A DNA stretch of 64,000 bases from Heterodontus francisci (Eukaryota). Position numbers and translations under genes: made by a program. The DNA is taken from assembly GCF_036365525.1 (NCBI RefSeq), contig NC_090394.1:74030146-74094145 (forward strand), written 5' to 3'. The notes beneath the pieces were generated by a model, which searched no databases, had not been told where the DNA came from, and was given only the letters and a program-made list of their open reading frames with translations. Of this stretch, positions 37,245 to 50,660 are shown piece after piece; within the stretch, counting starts at the first letter, position 1; every line of letters starts with the position of its first letter.

Positions 37245-39367
37245 TCCCTCTGTGCAGAGAGAAACAAAGTTACTATTTCAGGTTAATGAGCTTTCATCAG
37301 AAACGAGAAAAGTTAGAAATGTTTTACGTAAGTGAAAGGCGGGGAGGGTGGGTAAAAAACAAAAGAAAAGTCTGTGATAGGATGAAAGACAGGAGAGATT
37401 ACATGACAAAAGAGTTGGTAGTGCAGGGCCAAAGGGAGTGGTAATGGGACAAGTAAAGAAACAAGATGTGACTAGAGGAGATGTGAATGGCAGAACAATG
37501 AACAGCTATTGTCCGGCAAAAACAAGAGTAAAACTGAAACCTACAAAGAAAAAGGAAACAAAATGGGGTCAGAGGTTACAGTCTGAAATTGTTAAACTCA
37601 ATGCTGTCGGCTTTAAAGTGATTAATCGAAAGATGAGGCGTTGTTCCTGGAGATACGTTAAGCTTCATTGGAACACAGCAGGAGGCCAAGGGCAGACAGG
37701 TCAGCATGATAGCAAGATAGAGAATTAAAATAACAGGCGAACAGAATCTTGGGACCACACTTGTGGATGGAACAGAGGTATTCCCCAAAACGGTCACCTA
37801 ATCTGCGTTTGGTCTCCCAATGTAGAACAGACTGCATTGTGAGCAACGAATGCAGTATACGAAATTGAAAGAAGTACAAGCAAATCGCAGTTTCACCTGG
37901 ACAGAGTGTTTGGGGCCTTGGACGGTGAAGAGAGAGGAGGGAGGAGGTAAAAAGGCAGGTGTTTCATCTCCTGCATTTGTGTGGAAAGGTGCTGTGGGAA
38001 AGGGAGGGGGGGAGTGTTGGGTGCGATTGAGGAATCAACCAGGCTGTTGCGGAGTGAACGGTCCCTTCGGAATGCTGAAAGGGGAGGGGGAGTGGAAGAT
38101 GCATTTGGTGGTGGCATCATGCTGGAGACGGCAGAAATGGCAGAGAATCATCCATTGAATGCAGAGGCTGGTGCAGTGAAAGTGGGGGACAAGGGGAACC
38201 CTATTATCTGGGAGGGAGGGGAAGGGGTGAGAGCGAAAGTATGGGAAATAGGACCACCCTGTCGAGGGCCTCGTGAGCCACAATAGGGGGTAAGGGGAAT
38301 CCTCAGTGGAGAGATAAAAAAGACTTATCAGAAGCACTGATATGGAAAGTTGCATCATCAGAACAGATGTGTTGGAGACAGAGAAACTGGGAGAATGGAA
38401 TGGAGTCCTTACAGGGAGGGTGTGAGGAAGTGTAGCCAAGGGACTTGTGGGAGTTAGTGTGCTTATAATGAACATTCGTTGATAGCCTATCCTCAGAAAC
38501 AGAGAAGTTGAGAAAGGGAAGGGAAGTGTTGGAGATGGACCATGTGAAGGTGAGAGAGGGGTGGAAATTGGAAGCAAAGTTGATGAATTTTTCCAGTTCA
38601 GGGCGAGAGCAGGAAATGGCACCGATACAGTCATCAATATACAGGTAAATGAGATGAGGGAGGGGGCCCGAGTAGGACTGGAACAAGGAAAGTTTCACAT
38701 TTCCCACAAAATTGCAGGCATTGCTAGGACCCATGCGGGTACCCATAGCAACACGTTTTACTTGGAGCATGTGAGTGGAGTCAAAGGTGAAGTTGTTCAA
38801 TGTGAGAACATGTTCAGCCAGGCGGAGGAGGTTATTGGTGGATGGAGAGTGATTGGGCCTCCTTTCAATGAAGAAGTGGAGAGCCCTCAGACTATCTTGG
38901 TGGCGGATGGAGATTTAGAGAGATTGGGCTGCTATGGTGAAGAGGAGATGGTTAGGGCCAGGAAACTGGTAATTGTTAAAGTGACGGGACTATCGGAAGA
39001 GTCACGGATGTTAGTGGGAAGAGAAGTCCTGCCATTCACATCTCTTCGAGACGCATCTTTTGTTTCTTTATTTGTGCCATTACCACTCCCTTTGGACCTG
39101 CACTACCAACCCTTTTGTCATTTAATCTCTCCTGTCTTCCACCCTCTCACAGACCTTCCCTTTTGTCCTTTTTCCACCCCCCACCCCACCCCTTTCACTT
39201 GCTTAAAACCCATTATATTACTAACTTTTCCCAATTCTGGTGAAAGGTCACTGACCTGAAACGTTAACTCTGTTTCTCTCTCCACAGATGCTGCCAGACC
39301 TGCTGAGTATTTCCAGCACTTTCCGTTTTTATTTTCGATTTCCAGCGTCCACAGTATTTTGCTTTTG
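37245..39367 (-). mobile_element. Degenerate Penelope-like element (RT and GIY-YIG remnants) with inverted 5' pseudo-LTR
   Basis: ORF 38303..38800 has NNFTF...VAMGTRMGPS...YIDD (PLE RT); GIY-YIG remnant near 37760-37900; pseudo-LTR at about 37250-37500 on minus and about 39030-39367 on plus. Confidence 0.85.
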
Positions 39368-40449
39368 CCCCTCTTCCTCCCCAATACCTAAGCAATTCTT
39401 TGTAAATGGCAGGTAAATGGAATTAACGTACAGGCCAGCCATGATCTAATAGAATACATTGAACAGGCTGGGGCTCTTTTCTCTAAAAATGGAAGGCTGT
39501 GGGGTGACCCGATAGAGGTCTTTAAGATTATGAAGGGGGTTCAATAGGATAGATAGAGAGACAATGTTTCCACTTGTGTGAGAGACCAAAACTAGGGGCC
39601 ATAAATATAAGATAATAATAAATCCAATAAGGAATTCAGGAGAAACTTCTTTACCCAGAGAGTGGTGAGAATGTGGAACTCACTACCACAAAGAATGGTT
39701 GAGGTGAATAGTATCGATGTAATTAAGGGGAAGCTAGATAAAGACAGGAAGAAGAAAGGAATAGAAGGGTATGCTGATAGGGTGAGACGAAGAAGGGTGG
39801 GAGGAGACTCATGTGGAGCATAGACACTGGCACACACCAGTTGGGCCGAATGGCCTCTTTCTGTGCAGTAAATACTTTGTAACAGGCTCGAGTGGCTTAA
39901 TGGTTTACTGCTGTTCCTATGTATTTCCCTCTGTTTTGTTTCCTTATCTCTCCTCTCCTGAAGGTGGTAACACATGTTGGGTATAGTGTCATATATGATA
40001 TCAATACCTCATGCAACAAATTATTCTCATCACTCTTTATCCCCCAGTTCTTTACCGATAGTTGCATGAAGCTTGACCTGTACTTTACATTACTGCCCAA
40101 CTACCTTGATAAGGAAAATTAAATGAAAAAATGTATTATCAGGAATCATGAACTTCATTGGAGCTAAAATAAAAATTGAAAGAATGTTTTTTCAGCATTG
40201 TTTTTCTGTATTAGGAACCTTAATTTCTCTTTAATGTTCTCTAATTCACTGGCTGCACAGCCTGTAATACATTTCCTGATGTCTAACTGGCTCTTTGTCA
40301 AATTGTGTTACCGGTGATGTTTCTCATTACTGTCCCTGCCTCAGCTTATCAGCTGCTGAAACCCTTATCCATGCCTCTGTTATCTCCAACCACGACTATT
40401 CGAATGCTCTCCTGGCCGGACTCCCATCCTACATCCTCCATAAATTTGA

Positions 40450-40625
40450 CAAAAGCAAAATACTGTGGATGCTGAAAATCTGAAATAAAAACAGAAAATG
40501 CTGGAAATTCTCAGGAATTCAGGCAGCATCTGTGGAGAGAAAAACACAGTTAACATTTCAGGTCTGTGACCTTTCATCAGTTCTGCCTGACCTGCTGAGT
40601 ATTTCCAGCAATTTTCTGTTTTTAA
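40450..40625 (-). mobile_element. Short PLE pseudo-LTR fold-back insertion in an L2-like fragment
   Basis: Family B sequence plus a short inverted arm; flanked by CTCCATAAA(T/C)TTGA at 40436-40449 and 40626-40639. Confidence 0.75.
40548..40582 (-). ncRNA. Hammerhead-like motif, family B
   Basis: Minus strand: CTGATGA-A-AGGTC-ACA-GACCT-GAAA-TG-T-T-AACT; stem I partner is lost. Confidence 0.45.
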
Positions 40626-43600
40626 CTCCATAAACTTGATCCCATCTAAAACTCTGTTGCATGTGTCCTAACTTGCATTAAGTTCAATCATCATCCCCTG
40701 TTCTCGTTGACCTACATTGGCTCCCAGTCTGGCAACAGTTTGATTTTAAGATTCTCATCCATGTTTTCAATTCCCTTTCTGGCCTCCCCTCTCCTTATCT
40801 CTGTAAGCGAAGGTTTAGGAAGGGAGTTACAGAGCTTAGGGCCCAGGCAACGGAAGGCATGGCCACCAGCAAAGAAAATTGGGGCTGTGCAAGAAGCCGG
40901 AATTGGAGGAGTGCAAAGATCTCGGAGGGTGTGGGGCTGGAAGAGATTACAGAAATAGGGAGGGGGGTTAGGTCATGGAGGCATTTGAAAACGTGGATGA
41001 GAATCTTAAAAATGAGATGTTGCCAGAGCGGGATGATGGGCGAACGGGTCTTGGTGCATTATATCTCTCTCCATTATTGTGAATGGCAAAAATCCTTTTA
41101 AGCTAATTTCTAATTAAAGTAAATGTTGCACCATTTTGAATCGAACTGCAGATTTTGTCATCAGACGTGCAAGCATTTCTTCAAATTTCTTTTTCAATTT
41201 TCCCTCTGCTTTTCCCCCCTCATTCATCCCCTCTCCTGAAGACAGCAATTCACAGGGAATGGAGAATTCCTTTCAAACTTTCAAAGTAAAAAAAAAATCC
41301 CTGAGCTTTGTACCTCTGCATCAACCTTGCACACAACATCCTGACTTCCAGCTGGGCTTGCCTACAGTCTCTATCTCACCCAGACTATTAGAAGCGTGGA
41401 GTTTGAAAGACAAGACAATAGCGAGCACCTGGAATCCCTCTGTGCACTAAACTGTTGACATACATCATGGCTTCCGAGTTGACTGCGAATATTCTTTAGT
41501 GCTGCAAAAATAAAATCAAAGAGAAACTTCTTGTAGAGGAAAAAACACAGAGGTGCAAGAAGCATTTATTGAACACTAGTGTCACGAGAAAAATGCAGGA
41601 TTAAAACCTTTACATGGAAGAATGACCCTCCTTGATCAGGTTTCAGTCAGAGGTACATTTGATGCTGTGCTCTCTCATAACATTGAGCCTGCTTCACAGT
41701 GTTGCCTTGCAAACAATTAGGGTGATGGGAGGATCTGTAACTACAATACTGGTTTCTCACTTGCTTTGCTGGCTTTCAAAGTTTATGCGGGTGATACTGT
41801 TTCACTACACGAGTTGCTGATCTGTGGGTTTCGCCGTGTTTAATGATTTATTACAAGAGGAAACGATATAATCCCAAATTCAAGAGTGAGGTTGCAAATG
41901 ATCCCATGCTCTTGTGAAAGAGGAAACCAGAGGTGATAGCTGGAATCTGCAACTTGTCTTGACAGTTTTAATGTTGCATTTCTGTGCCTCATTTCCTTTG
42001 GCACCTTCACAAACATTTCCCTGATATTTAATCACAACCAACCAAATTGTATCGTTTCTTGATAAGTGTTGCTAAAACAGAGAAGCGTGCAGTGTACTTG
42101 TTTAATTGGTTGGGCCAGTCAAATTGTTGTATTTTCATATAACATTTTCTGCAGCTTTTGAGAGGTTTTGTTACTGTGAAGAGGGAAGGGTTATTCTCTC
42201 TGGCAAGTGGGTCAATAACAAGAGGTCATAGATTCCGGATCATTGGGAAAAGATCTTCAGAGGAGATGAGGAGAAATCTTTCTTTTGGAGAGTTGTCAGG
42301 ATCTGGAACCCTCATCCTGGAAAGGGGGTGGAAGCTGATTCCATAAATAATGTTAAAAAGGAGTTGGACAGGTACTTAAGGATGAGGAACTTACAGGATT
42401 ACGGACATAAAGTGGGAATGTGGGACTAAGCATGTTTAACTCTTTAAAAGGGCTAGTACAGGCTGGGATGAATGGCCTCCTTCTATGCTGTAAGTTGCTA
42501 TGATTTTATGATGTCGGAGGTTATTAAATATTATTGTGGAGAGGTGTTTAAGGGGAAAGCACCAGCAATACTGCATATTTAGTCTGTTATATTATATCTG
42601 AATACCACAAATGTTAACGAGATTTAAAAATGCACAGCATTGTTTTCAAATCCCTCCATGGCCTCACCCCTCTTTATCTCTGTAATCTCCTCCAGCCTGA
42701 CAACTGTCTGAGATCCCTGCGCTCCTCCAATGTGCCTCCTGCACATTCCCAATTTCCTTCCTATTGGCGGCCGTGCCTTCAGCTGCCTGGGGCCCTAAGC
42801 TCTAGAATTCCCTCCCTAAACCTCTCGCCTCTCTACTTCTCCTCCTTTCAGGTGCTCCTTAAAACCTACCTCTTTAATCAAGTTTTTAGTCACCTGCCCT
42901 AATAGCTCCTTTTGTGGCTCAGTGTCAAATTTTGCTTCACAATGCTCCTGTCAAGTGCCGTGAGTCGTTTTGCTACATTAATGGCGATATATTAATGTAA
43001 GTTGTTGTTGTTTCATGTTTCCTGAATACCTGCAGAACACGTCCTAAATGCACAATTTGAATTGCGCCTGCTGTTGCCCATACACCCAGTACTGAGGGAG
43101 TGCTGCACAGTTGGAGGTGCTGCCTTTCGGATGAGATGTTAAACAGAGGCCCTATCTGCCCTCTCAGGTGGATGTAAAAGATCCCACGACACTATTTCAA
43201 AGAAAAGCTAGACAGTTCTCCCCGGTGTCCTGGGCCAGTAGTTATCCCTCAACTGCCAACACCAAATACAGATTAATTTGGTAATTTGTCTCGTTGCTGT
43301 TTGTGGGATCTTGCTGTAAAGTGCTTTCAGTTGCCCTGAGGTCATGAAAGGCGCTATAGAAATGCAAGGTCTATCTAACTACACACTCATTCTGGATCCA
43401 ATAAAGAACCTGCGTTCAAATTATACAGACCTGCTTGATGTTAGTATGGGGATAGACATTCTGCAATGATTATTTATAGCAATCCCAGCAATTTTAAGTT
43501 CAAGATTAAACTTTAGATCCCTGTTTAATTGCCTGTAAACAGCAACAATTTGGTATCTCTCCCCACTCCCTTCATCCAAGTAGCCTTTCACTGATAACTT

Positions 43601-44252
43601 GAAAGAAATACCAGACAGCAGGGTATGGTTGCATGGATGAACCAAACAAAAAGTCCTCAAGCGTTAAGTTGTTACCTCAGATCAATATCCCAACTTTCAG
43701 TCTAAAGACTAAAGGATCAAGTGAATTCAAACTGAGTAAGTTGTACACCATCCATACAACTAAACCACTCAGAGCCATGGTTTAATGAAACATCAGACAA
43801 AAAATGCTTTGCTACATGGGGAAGATCAAACCATGGAATGCATGAGGAAGACTTCCAAAGGTCATTGACCTGAAACGTTAACTCTGTTTCTCTCTCCACA
43901 GATGCTGCCTGACCGGCTGAGTATTTCCAGCATTTTCTGTTTTTATTTCAGATTTCCAGCATCCACTGGAATTGCACAAGCACCTAAAAGGAAAAAATTT
44001 GCAGGGCGTCGGGAAAAGGGCCTGGGAGTGGGACTAGCTAAATTGCTCTTGCAGAGAGCCGCCATGTGCTCGAGGGGCTGAATGGCCTCCATCTGTGCTG
44101 TAAGCATTCTATGTCGCAGTATTTTCCTTTTGTCCCATTGCCAGTTCTAGGTTTGAGGTGATGCAGTAACCAGTTTGTCAAAAATACAAATTCAATATTA
44201 TCTCCAAACATTCAACTGCCAGACAGGGTTCAAGAACTGGAAGAAGAGGCAA

Positions 44253-44828
44253 TGAGCTGAATTTTCCTTCAGGGGGGCAGGAAACGAACATCGGGACTGT
44301 TTGCGGGTAGTAAACCCACCCCTGGTGGGGAGCAGTCACTCATTGGGATTTTCATGGAGGTGCCCCCCTTAATTGGCATGGAGACATGTTCTCTATCCAA
44401 ATAAGGATATTGGGCGAGCACTCAAAGCTAGAGGGCCAATGGGAGGCCTTCCAGCCTGCGAGGAGCGGCAAGCTGTGATGGCAGGTAAGTAACAGTTCTC
44501 TCACCAAACTTGTTCCAAACTTTAATTAAAAATGGTTCTTGCAGCCAGGCCCCACTACTGTGGGGGGAGGGGAGGCATGAGACTGCTCTTGCACCCAGAC
44601 TGTCAGGGAAGGCCTCTAGGCCTGCATGGAGCACTAGCACCCCCGACACCCCCACTCCACCGGCCTGCTGCCAGATGCTCGCCACCAGCCACCTAAACTT
44701 GCCCCCACTGGTGCGGGAAACTGGAGGCAGACTGGTGTCGAGAAGCCGGTACACCGGCTGGCGCTGGTATTTCTGGGCCCCGTCTGCCACGGTTCTCACC
44801 CCTGGTGGGTCCCGAAAATCCTGCCCCA
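44253..44828. mobile_element. GC-rich MITE-like element with imperfect TIRs
   Basis: Starts GAGCTGAATTTTC and ends GAAAATCCTGCCC; similar termini at about 7762-8325 and from 63548 to the window end. Confidence 0.5.
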
Positions 44829-47145
44829 TGTGTCAAACCTTTGGATAAGCTCAAGCTTCTTTTAAAATCAAAGGTCATGTATCAAAAGTCTCATTGAAGT
44901 GAAGGTTTAAGCTGAGACACAAAAGAGTTAATCACCTCCAGCAAAAGCTTATAGCTAAAATCACTCGAGGCTGGTAGCATACTGGTGCTGCTACTGGACT
45001 AGTAATCTAGGGGTCTGGGCTAATGTTCTGGGAGTATGTGTTCAAATCCCATCAGAACAGCTAAGGGAATTAAAATGTAATTAATACATTTACAATAAAA
45101 TACTAGTTTCATTCATAATAATTATGAAGCTACTGGATTGCAATGAAAACTCATCTGGTTCACAAATGACCATCAGGGAAGGAAATCTGCCAGCCTTACC
45201 TGGTCTGGCCTACATGGGACTCCAGACCCACATCAATGTTGTTGACTCTTAACTGTCCTCTGAAATGGCTGAGGAAATCACTCAGATCAATGGCAATTCG
45301 GGATGGACAATAATTGCTGGTCTTGTTAGTGATGCTCATGTCCCAAGCATGAATTTTAAAAAAAAATTAGACGATTAAGTTCTCCAGCAAGTGTCATTGG
45401 ATTGCAATCAGGCTGATCCCCTTGTGGGAGAATCTAGAACTAGGGGTCACTGTTTAAAAATAAGGGGTCGCCTATTTAAGACTGAGATGAGGAGAATGTT
45501 TCTCTCAGAGGGTCGTGAGTCTTTGGAATTCTCTTCCTCACAAGGCGGTGGAAGCAGAGTCTTTGAATATTTTTAAGGCAGAGGTAGATAGATTCTTGAT
45601 AAGCAAGGGGGTGGAAGGTTATCGGGGGTAGGCGGAAATGTGGAGTAATCAGTTCAGCCATGAACTTATTGAATGGCAGAGCAGGCTTGAAGGGCCGAGT
45701 GGCCTACTCCTGCTCCTAATTCGTATGTTCGTATGATCATTCTCCTCCTTATTCTCTGGAGTTATTGAGGCTCATTGTAGTGTCTGCTTAGATCAGTGAA
45801 CTCAATGCAATCCAGGCACTGAACTTGGGACCTTTGTCATGCCCAGCAGTGCATTGACCTACTGGGAAGCACATTAGCCAAGTTATGAAATGCAAAGAGA
45901 GATCATTGGGAGAAGGATAACTGATCAGAGATGGATTTGCTATGTGAACTATAAGCATGATGCGATACAATGTACTAGGGACCTCTTTCAATATTTAAAT
46001 TATGAATAGGTTTTTTTTACACAGGACTGTCAACAGCAATATCAAAATGGTGCTAATCGATTGGACATCATTGAAAAAGTGGACTTGAAACATTTCCATC
46101 TCCAATGTTGGCATGAAGTGGAGTTTTATTTACTGAATCTTCAAGTTTAAATGAATTTACTTTTAGTCAAGTTCTTCAGTTTCACTCATCACTTTGCGTC
46201 TCTGCTCTTGTCTCGCCTTGCTCCAGAGGTATTGTACAGATGTCACTGTTTGACGTCAACTGGCAGCGTCTGCCATTTTGGACATCCCTTATTGGTTAAA
46301 GATAAAGAAGACAGCATTAATATTTAATTGCTGTAATTAGTTTATCCTTATTCTAACACCTATTGAGTGAAAGCATTGTTCAAAGTTGAAGCTTCCCTCT
46401 CTTTAGGACTCACTCGACTCTCTATATTGAAGGCAAGATAAACACAGATGACTAAGTGCTGTTGGAACAGTAAAAGATGTCATCCGTCTTAGACAACTGG
46501 CCAAAGTAAAATAAGGTGGTTTGTAACTTTAGATTGATGGTATGAAATTTCATTAGGTTAGACTAGGGAAAGATTTCACAGACCTTTGTCTTGTTCAAAG
46601 GCTTGCTTTTGACATTTACTTTAGGAGAGATTGTATGTTGGGTGCAGTTCATGATAAGGGAAATTGTAAATGATCTATTGAGAGGGGGCTTTGGGGCATA
46701 ATGGCGTTTTCTCGTTCCATATTGTCTTACTTTCCCTTATATTTAAATCTTCGGCCAAAGTCCAGATATTTTACAGTAGCCAGCAACGTAGTTTTTTTTT
46801 GGTCAAAGGTCCTTTTTCCTAATTGATATTTACATGCACAGTAGCATAATCAGCCACAAAAAAAATTGACACCAAGCCAAAGACAGAGACATTAGGAAAG
46901 GTGCCCAAAAGCTTGGTCAAAGAGGTAAGTTTTAAGGAACATCTTAAAGGACAAGTGAGGGGTGAAGCAGTTTAGGGAGGGAATTCCAGAGCTTGGGGCC
47001 AAGATGACTGAAGGCACAGCCGCCAATCGTGGAGCGAAAGAGGCACAAGAAGCTAGAGTTAGAGGAACACAGAGATCACGGAACAAAAACAAGAAATGCT
47101 GGAATCACTCAGCAGATCTGGCAGCATCTGTGGAAAGAGAAGCAG

Positions 47146-47182
47146 AGTTAACGTTTCGGGTCAGTGACCCTTCTTCGGAACT
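47146..47182 (-). ncRNA. Hammerhead-like motif, family B, variant core CCGAAGA
   Basis: Minus strand: AGTT-CCGAAGA-A-GGGTC-ACT-GACCC-GAAA-CG-T-T-AACT. Confidence 0.45.
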
Positions 47183-47580
47183 GACAAATATTAGAAAAGT
47201 CACAGATTATAAACAAGTGAGGTGGGGGTGGGGCAAGAGATAACAAAGGAGAAGGTGCAGATTGGACCAGGCCACATAGCTGACCAAAAGGTCACGGAGC
47301 AAAGGCAAACAATATGTTAATAGTGTGTTGAAAGACAAAGCATTAGTACAGATTAGGTGTGAATACACTGAATATTGAACAGCAGCAAGTGCAAACCTGA
47401 AGAAAAACAACCTGAAAAAAACACTTACCCACTGTCTTAACATTAACATATTGTTTGCCTTTGCTCCGTGACCTTTTGGTCAGCTATGTGGCCTGGTCCA
47501 ATCTGCACCTTCTCCTTTGTTATCTCTTGCCCAACTCCCACCTCACTTGTTTATAATCTGTGACTTTTCTAATATTTGTC

Positions 47581-47617
47581 AGTTCCGAAGAAGGGTCACT
47601 GACCCGAAACGTTAACT
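47581..47617 (+). ncRNA. Hammerhead-like motif, family B, variant core CCGAAGA
   Basis: Identical motif in the opposite arm of the fold-back element. Confidence 0.45.
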
Positions 47618-50460
47618 CTGCTTCTCTTTCCACAGATGCTGCCAGACCTGCTGAGTGATTCCAGCATTTCTTGTTTTTGTTTCAGATTTCCAGCATCCGC
47701 AGTATTTTGCTTTTATTACAGAGATCACGGAGGCTTGTATGGCTGGAGAAGGTTACAGAGATAGGGAAGGGGGCACATGACCATGGAGGGATTTGAACAC
47801 AAGGGTAAGAATTTTAACTTTGAGGCTTTGGGGGACCGGGAGTCAATGTAAGTCAGCGAACACAGGGGAAATAGGTGAACATAAGTTGGTGCGAGTTACA
47901 ATGAGGGCGATTCTAGTTAAGAAATTATCGGTTTTTCCCCCCAAAAAACATCTAAAAAAGTTATCAAAAATATTTAATGATATCTTTTCAGAAAGGGCCT
48001 AATGTGTCCGAGGAGTTTGATATCGAAAATGACCAAGGGACTTGAGCTAAAATGGGCTCAGAAGACATATGAAAAAGTGCTGTCAGCTTTTGTTATAAGA
48101 TGGTTGATTCCAAACATGGACTTGTTAATAAAAGAAACTTGAAGGGAATATTTTTCATGGCTATGGGAAAAGAGCAGGCGAGTGGGACTAATTGGAAAGC
48201 TCTTTCAAAGAGTCGCCACAAGCACGATGGGCTGAATGGCCTCCTTCAGGGCTGTAAGATTGTATGATTCTACAAGCTGGCCCTAATGGCTCAGCTGATG
48301 CATTTACTGTGTCAAGTTAAGCAACACTGATTAGCCGGGTTGTAGGTTCAAGGCTTTATTAGTCGTTCCTCAGCTTTTGCAGTGATAGGGATGCTATAGT
48401 AGCCTCTGCATACCTGGGCTAGCGAAGGAGGGGAAGGGTAAGACATCAGCCAGAGTTTCTATGTCTGGTTCCCATCCAGTGACTGATCACGCATGTGGAC
48501 ATCGGCTGAGCACAGGCCCAGCGATGCCCTACATAGTCGAATACCCTTCCATTTTAGCAGGTGGAGAGGGATGTAAAACTGGTGATATTTGATTGATGCC
48601 CATTATACAACGCACTTGATTTTCCATTGTGTTGGTTGCAATTAATTGCAAGGAAAGTTGATGGGGTTGTCCGGGAATTGGTGATCTGATGCAGCCAGTT
48701 TTCACCACTCCCACACCCACTTAATTTAAAAGTTCTCCCCCTTGTCAGTCCCGAGTGTCCAGGGTCAAAAGGGAATCATCCTGTACCCACTGGGCAGACT
48801 CATCAATGGAACCAAACACAAGCTCCAATAATATGCCCAAGGACCTAACTCTCATGCTAGGTACCAGCCTTGGCTCACTTGGTTTTTACTCTTACCTCTG
48901 ATGGTTATAGATTCAAGACCCAATCCAGAAACGTAAGCCCCTTCTAGGCTGACACTTCCAGTGCCAGTACTGAGGGAGTGTTACACAGTCAAAGGGATGT
49001 TAAACCGAGGACCTTAGAGGCGTATCAAAAAGATCCCATGGCACTATTTTGAAGAAGAGCCGGGGAGTTCTCCCCAGTGTCCTGGCCAATATTTATCCCT
49101 CAACCAACATCACAAAAACAGATTATCTGGTCACTATCACATTGCCTTCTGTGGGATCGTGCTGTGCACACATTGGCTGCTGTGTTTCCTCCGTTACAAC
49201 GATGATTACACTTCAATAGTACTTCATTGGCTGTAACGCTCTTTGGAATGTCCTGAGGTGGGGAAGGGCGCTACAGAAATGCAAGTTTGCTGCTTTGGGA
49301 GGTTGGGAAAGGGGCCACATAGAGAAATATGCAAGACTTTCTTCCAATGAGGGGACGAATCCCGCCTGAAGGGAAACTGACACTGAAACACTTTTGGTTT
49401 TTTTTGTACTTTAAAGAAATTTTCAAACAATGTTATTTCCAAAAAAATAAATGTGAATACAAAACCAATTCTAAAAGCAGGAAAATGTTTATGCGGACAA
49501 ATCTTTTGAGAGACAAAACTATGTCCCTAACCAGTAAGTGGTGCTGTAGAGTCCTACAAACATCTACCAGCACTGAGGGAGGAAAATGCTGTAGGAGTTT
49601 ACACCAGAAATCCAGTGACAAACAAAGAAAAAAAGGTATTTTTCTTTTGAATGTTTTAATTAGCTTCAGAATTAAAACATGTATTATTGAAGTTTTACAT
49701 GTGGGGTTCCTGGCTGCTTTAATTAGTGTTCTAAGCCTCATCTTTCTGACTGATCCATTTGTGGGAAGTGTCCCAGGCAACAGGCACCATGACTGGGGGA
49801 AACTGATCAAATTTAGCCTGCTGGAAACATGAGGCCTAGATATATTTTTTAGGTTTGTGTGTCTGACAGTAAGATTTTATTTATATAAAGCTTTGCATTC
49901 TAAAACTAATATTTTGCTGTACGAGTCTCAAATTTCTAGCTAGAGCTAAATTCTGGAAGAAAAGCACAAACAAGGTGCACAACATTAGCTGGGATTGGAT
50001 TTCAAATTAGCCTGTTACCAGGTGAGGCCTACAACCAAAAATCACACAATAACCTGGGGGAAGAGTTTTTTTTTAAAAAAAGTACTTTTTAAATGTACTT
50101 TTTATAAAAGGAGCCTTTCGCCAAGAATTTGTTTTTAGTAAATAACGTATGATTTAATTAATAGCTGAGCACAACATAAGAGACAGTCCTGAACTTGTCC
50201 AGATAAACAGGTCGTCCTTGTTCTTAACAGTTTGGGATTATGTCAAGTTTGTGACCGGGCTTCGTGTTTTTTTTTTGAGCCTGTTTAATGGTGCTCCTGC
50301 TAACATTGAACTTATTTGTGCTTGTCTCAAGAGTGATCCATGTTCTGGTAGCATCTGTTTTTTTTTTGTGTCAGATAATCACTCCGGCGAGGTGTCTTGG
50401 GACTTTTTTTCTTCTCTCCCCATGTTAAAGGCACTATATCAATGCAAGTTGTTGTTGTAA

Positions 50461-50660
50461 CTTACGTAGCGATGTGTTTATTTTCCAGTCGTGTCAGATA
50501 TTTGCCACATGGCGTTCTGAAAGCCGGGGGTGTGGAAGAACGAGCTTGCACTTCTGTTGTACGGGTCCGCAAACTCCAGACTTCCCGGAGCGTTTCACAG
50601 CCGCTTCCCGGACTTTTGAAGCACAGTCCCCGCCGTAATGTAAAAATCGTGGCGGACAAT
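50461..50660. promoter_or_regulatory. CpG-rich patch, candidate (possibly bidirectional) promoter upstream of CCZ1
   Basis: About 16 CpG in 200 nt in an otherwise CpG-depleted window; two CTTCCCGGA motifs; mostly unique sequence between SINE pieces. Confidence 0.4.

Larger units (their letters stand above)
47083..47717. mobile_element. Young PLE-derived fold-back element (about 239-bp inverted arms)
   Basis: Arms 47083-47321 and 47442-47680, about 3 mismatches seen; 14-bp TSD ACAGAGATCACGGA at 47069-47082 and 47718-47731. Confidence 0.9.

Noticed and set aside
38561-39259. 232-aa plus-strand ORF
   Set aside because: Antisense frame of the Penelope-like RT relic
49329-49832. Overlapping 167-aa and 125-aa ORFs
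   Set aside because: AT-rich, no recognisable homology and no consistent exon phase with neighbours
25300-50400. A third parvalbumin gene or pseudogene in the gap
   Set aside because: I found no EF-hand-coding exon on either strand by eye; a TBLASTN with genes A and B would be decisive
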